64,000 bases of DNA from contig MU058645.1 of NCBI GenBank assembly GCA_013265495.1, positions 784,995-848,994 of the forward strand. The letters are read 5' to 3'. Position numbers and translations under genes: made by a program. Origin of the DNA: Vicugna vicugna. Taxonomy: Eukaryota. Of the stretch, positions 63,001 through 64,000 are shown in pieces. A model generated the notes under the pieces. That model was not told the origin of the DNA. It ran no database searches and saw nothing but the letters and a program-made list of their open reading frames with translations. Each line of letters starts with the position of its first letter. The first letter of the stretch is position 1.

Positions 63001-64000
63001 TATGACATTTTATTTCTTATCCACTGTTTGTTTTTCCATTTGCCTTTATCTTTTTCCCTAATAACATCTTTGTGTAAGAATATGTCATATTCTGATTCAT
63101 GATTCCCCCAGCCCCAGACCAGTTCATCACAGAAACACCAGGAGACAGGGCGCTGCCACAGGCTGCAGGAATTCTCTTTATGACACATCATGAGTTCTTT
63201 TAACTTTTGGTCTCCTCACACAACCAAAGGCTACAATAATCCATCTCCTGAAAATATGGCCAATCTTCATGATTTCTCATTCTTCCCATCTTCCTTGCTT
63301 TTCCTTTATGCAAATAATTTGAGAAGCGCCTTTTCAGCTGAGACAGGGCATTTGGATTTGCCCCTCTCAAAGCTCTTTATGAGTTGGAGAGCCATGCTGT
63401 GCCAGCAATCTGCCCTCATGGTGTCCTCGCCCCACATACCCCTGAACCCCTCTTTGATCTTCAAGGCAATCCTTTATATGTTGTCTCTGAGGTTACTCAA
63501 ATCTCACAGTTTCACCAAACTTAGGGTGGAATGTGTTTCCTGTTCTGCTTACTTCTTCATGTAATTTTTTTCAAAGGAGAGGAGGCAGGACCTCTTTCTT
63601 TTCATCTAATAAAGGGAAGACCCCTTCCCACCCTACACAAGTCTTCTAAAAAAGCTGTCTAACTTAGGTAAGCAGCCTTCCACTTGGCGAACACACAGTT
63701 AGAACTTACTACCAGGTGCTGCACAGGTCCTATGGGTATTACCTGCCCAGACACAAGAGCAATGCTTCTGGTGCCTCAGATGGGACTCGGGATTATTGGA
63801 CAGGCTCCGCCTTCAGCTGGTGTGCCTGTAATGACAGGAGACCTTTGGACTGGTGTCCAAAGTCATACCCCACAGACGTCAACAGCTGAATTTCAGCAAA
63901 TCCGCATATGATCAAAATCCTGTCCTGGAGCCAGCAACTTACTTTGGTTTGAAATCTAAGCCCCCGGCAACAGCTGCTCCTGACTCTCGCCCTCGCATGG

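Noticed and set aside
1-64000. Naming a host gene or syntenic human locus
   Set aside because: No exon or sequence recognised well enough; requires an alignment search

Overview
Eutherian mammal genomic DNA, most likely Camelidae (alpaca, llama or camel). The basis is tRNA-derived SINEs resembling camelid Vic-1, a young L1 3' end present in three closely related copies, and no Alu, B1, Bov-A2 or PRE-1 elements that I could see. I recognise no host protein-coding gene, RNA gene, CRISPR array or prokaryotic system. The only ORFs with recognisable protein similarity are LINE-1 ORF2p remnants. The window reads as an intergenic or deep-intronic regulatory landscape: old and young retroelements (L1, L2, MIR, CR1/L3, MaLR/ERVL LTRs, a MER41-like solo LTR, hAT MITEs) alternate with TE-poor unique blocks rich in homeodomain, forkhead and GATA motifs. 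An isolated CpG island at about 37.5-38.8 kb carries an 18-bp GCGTG-rich minisatellite. I found no evidence for a novel biological system. The best leads are regulatory (orphan CpG island, LTR with a GAS motif, enhancer-like blocks, candidate small exons) and retrotransposition-mechanistic (TSD-flanked young L1s, a twin-priming inversion). Repeat family names come from recalled consensus sequences, not a database search; most boundaries are approximate unless a TSD defines them.
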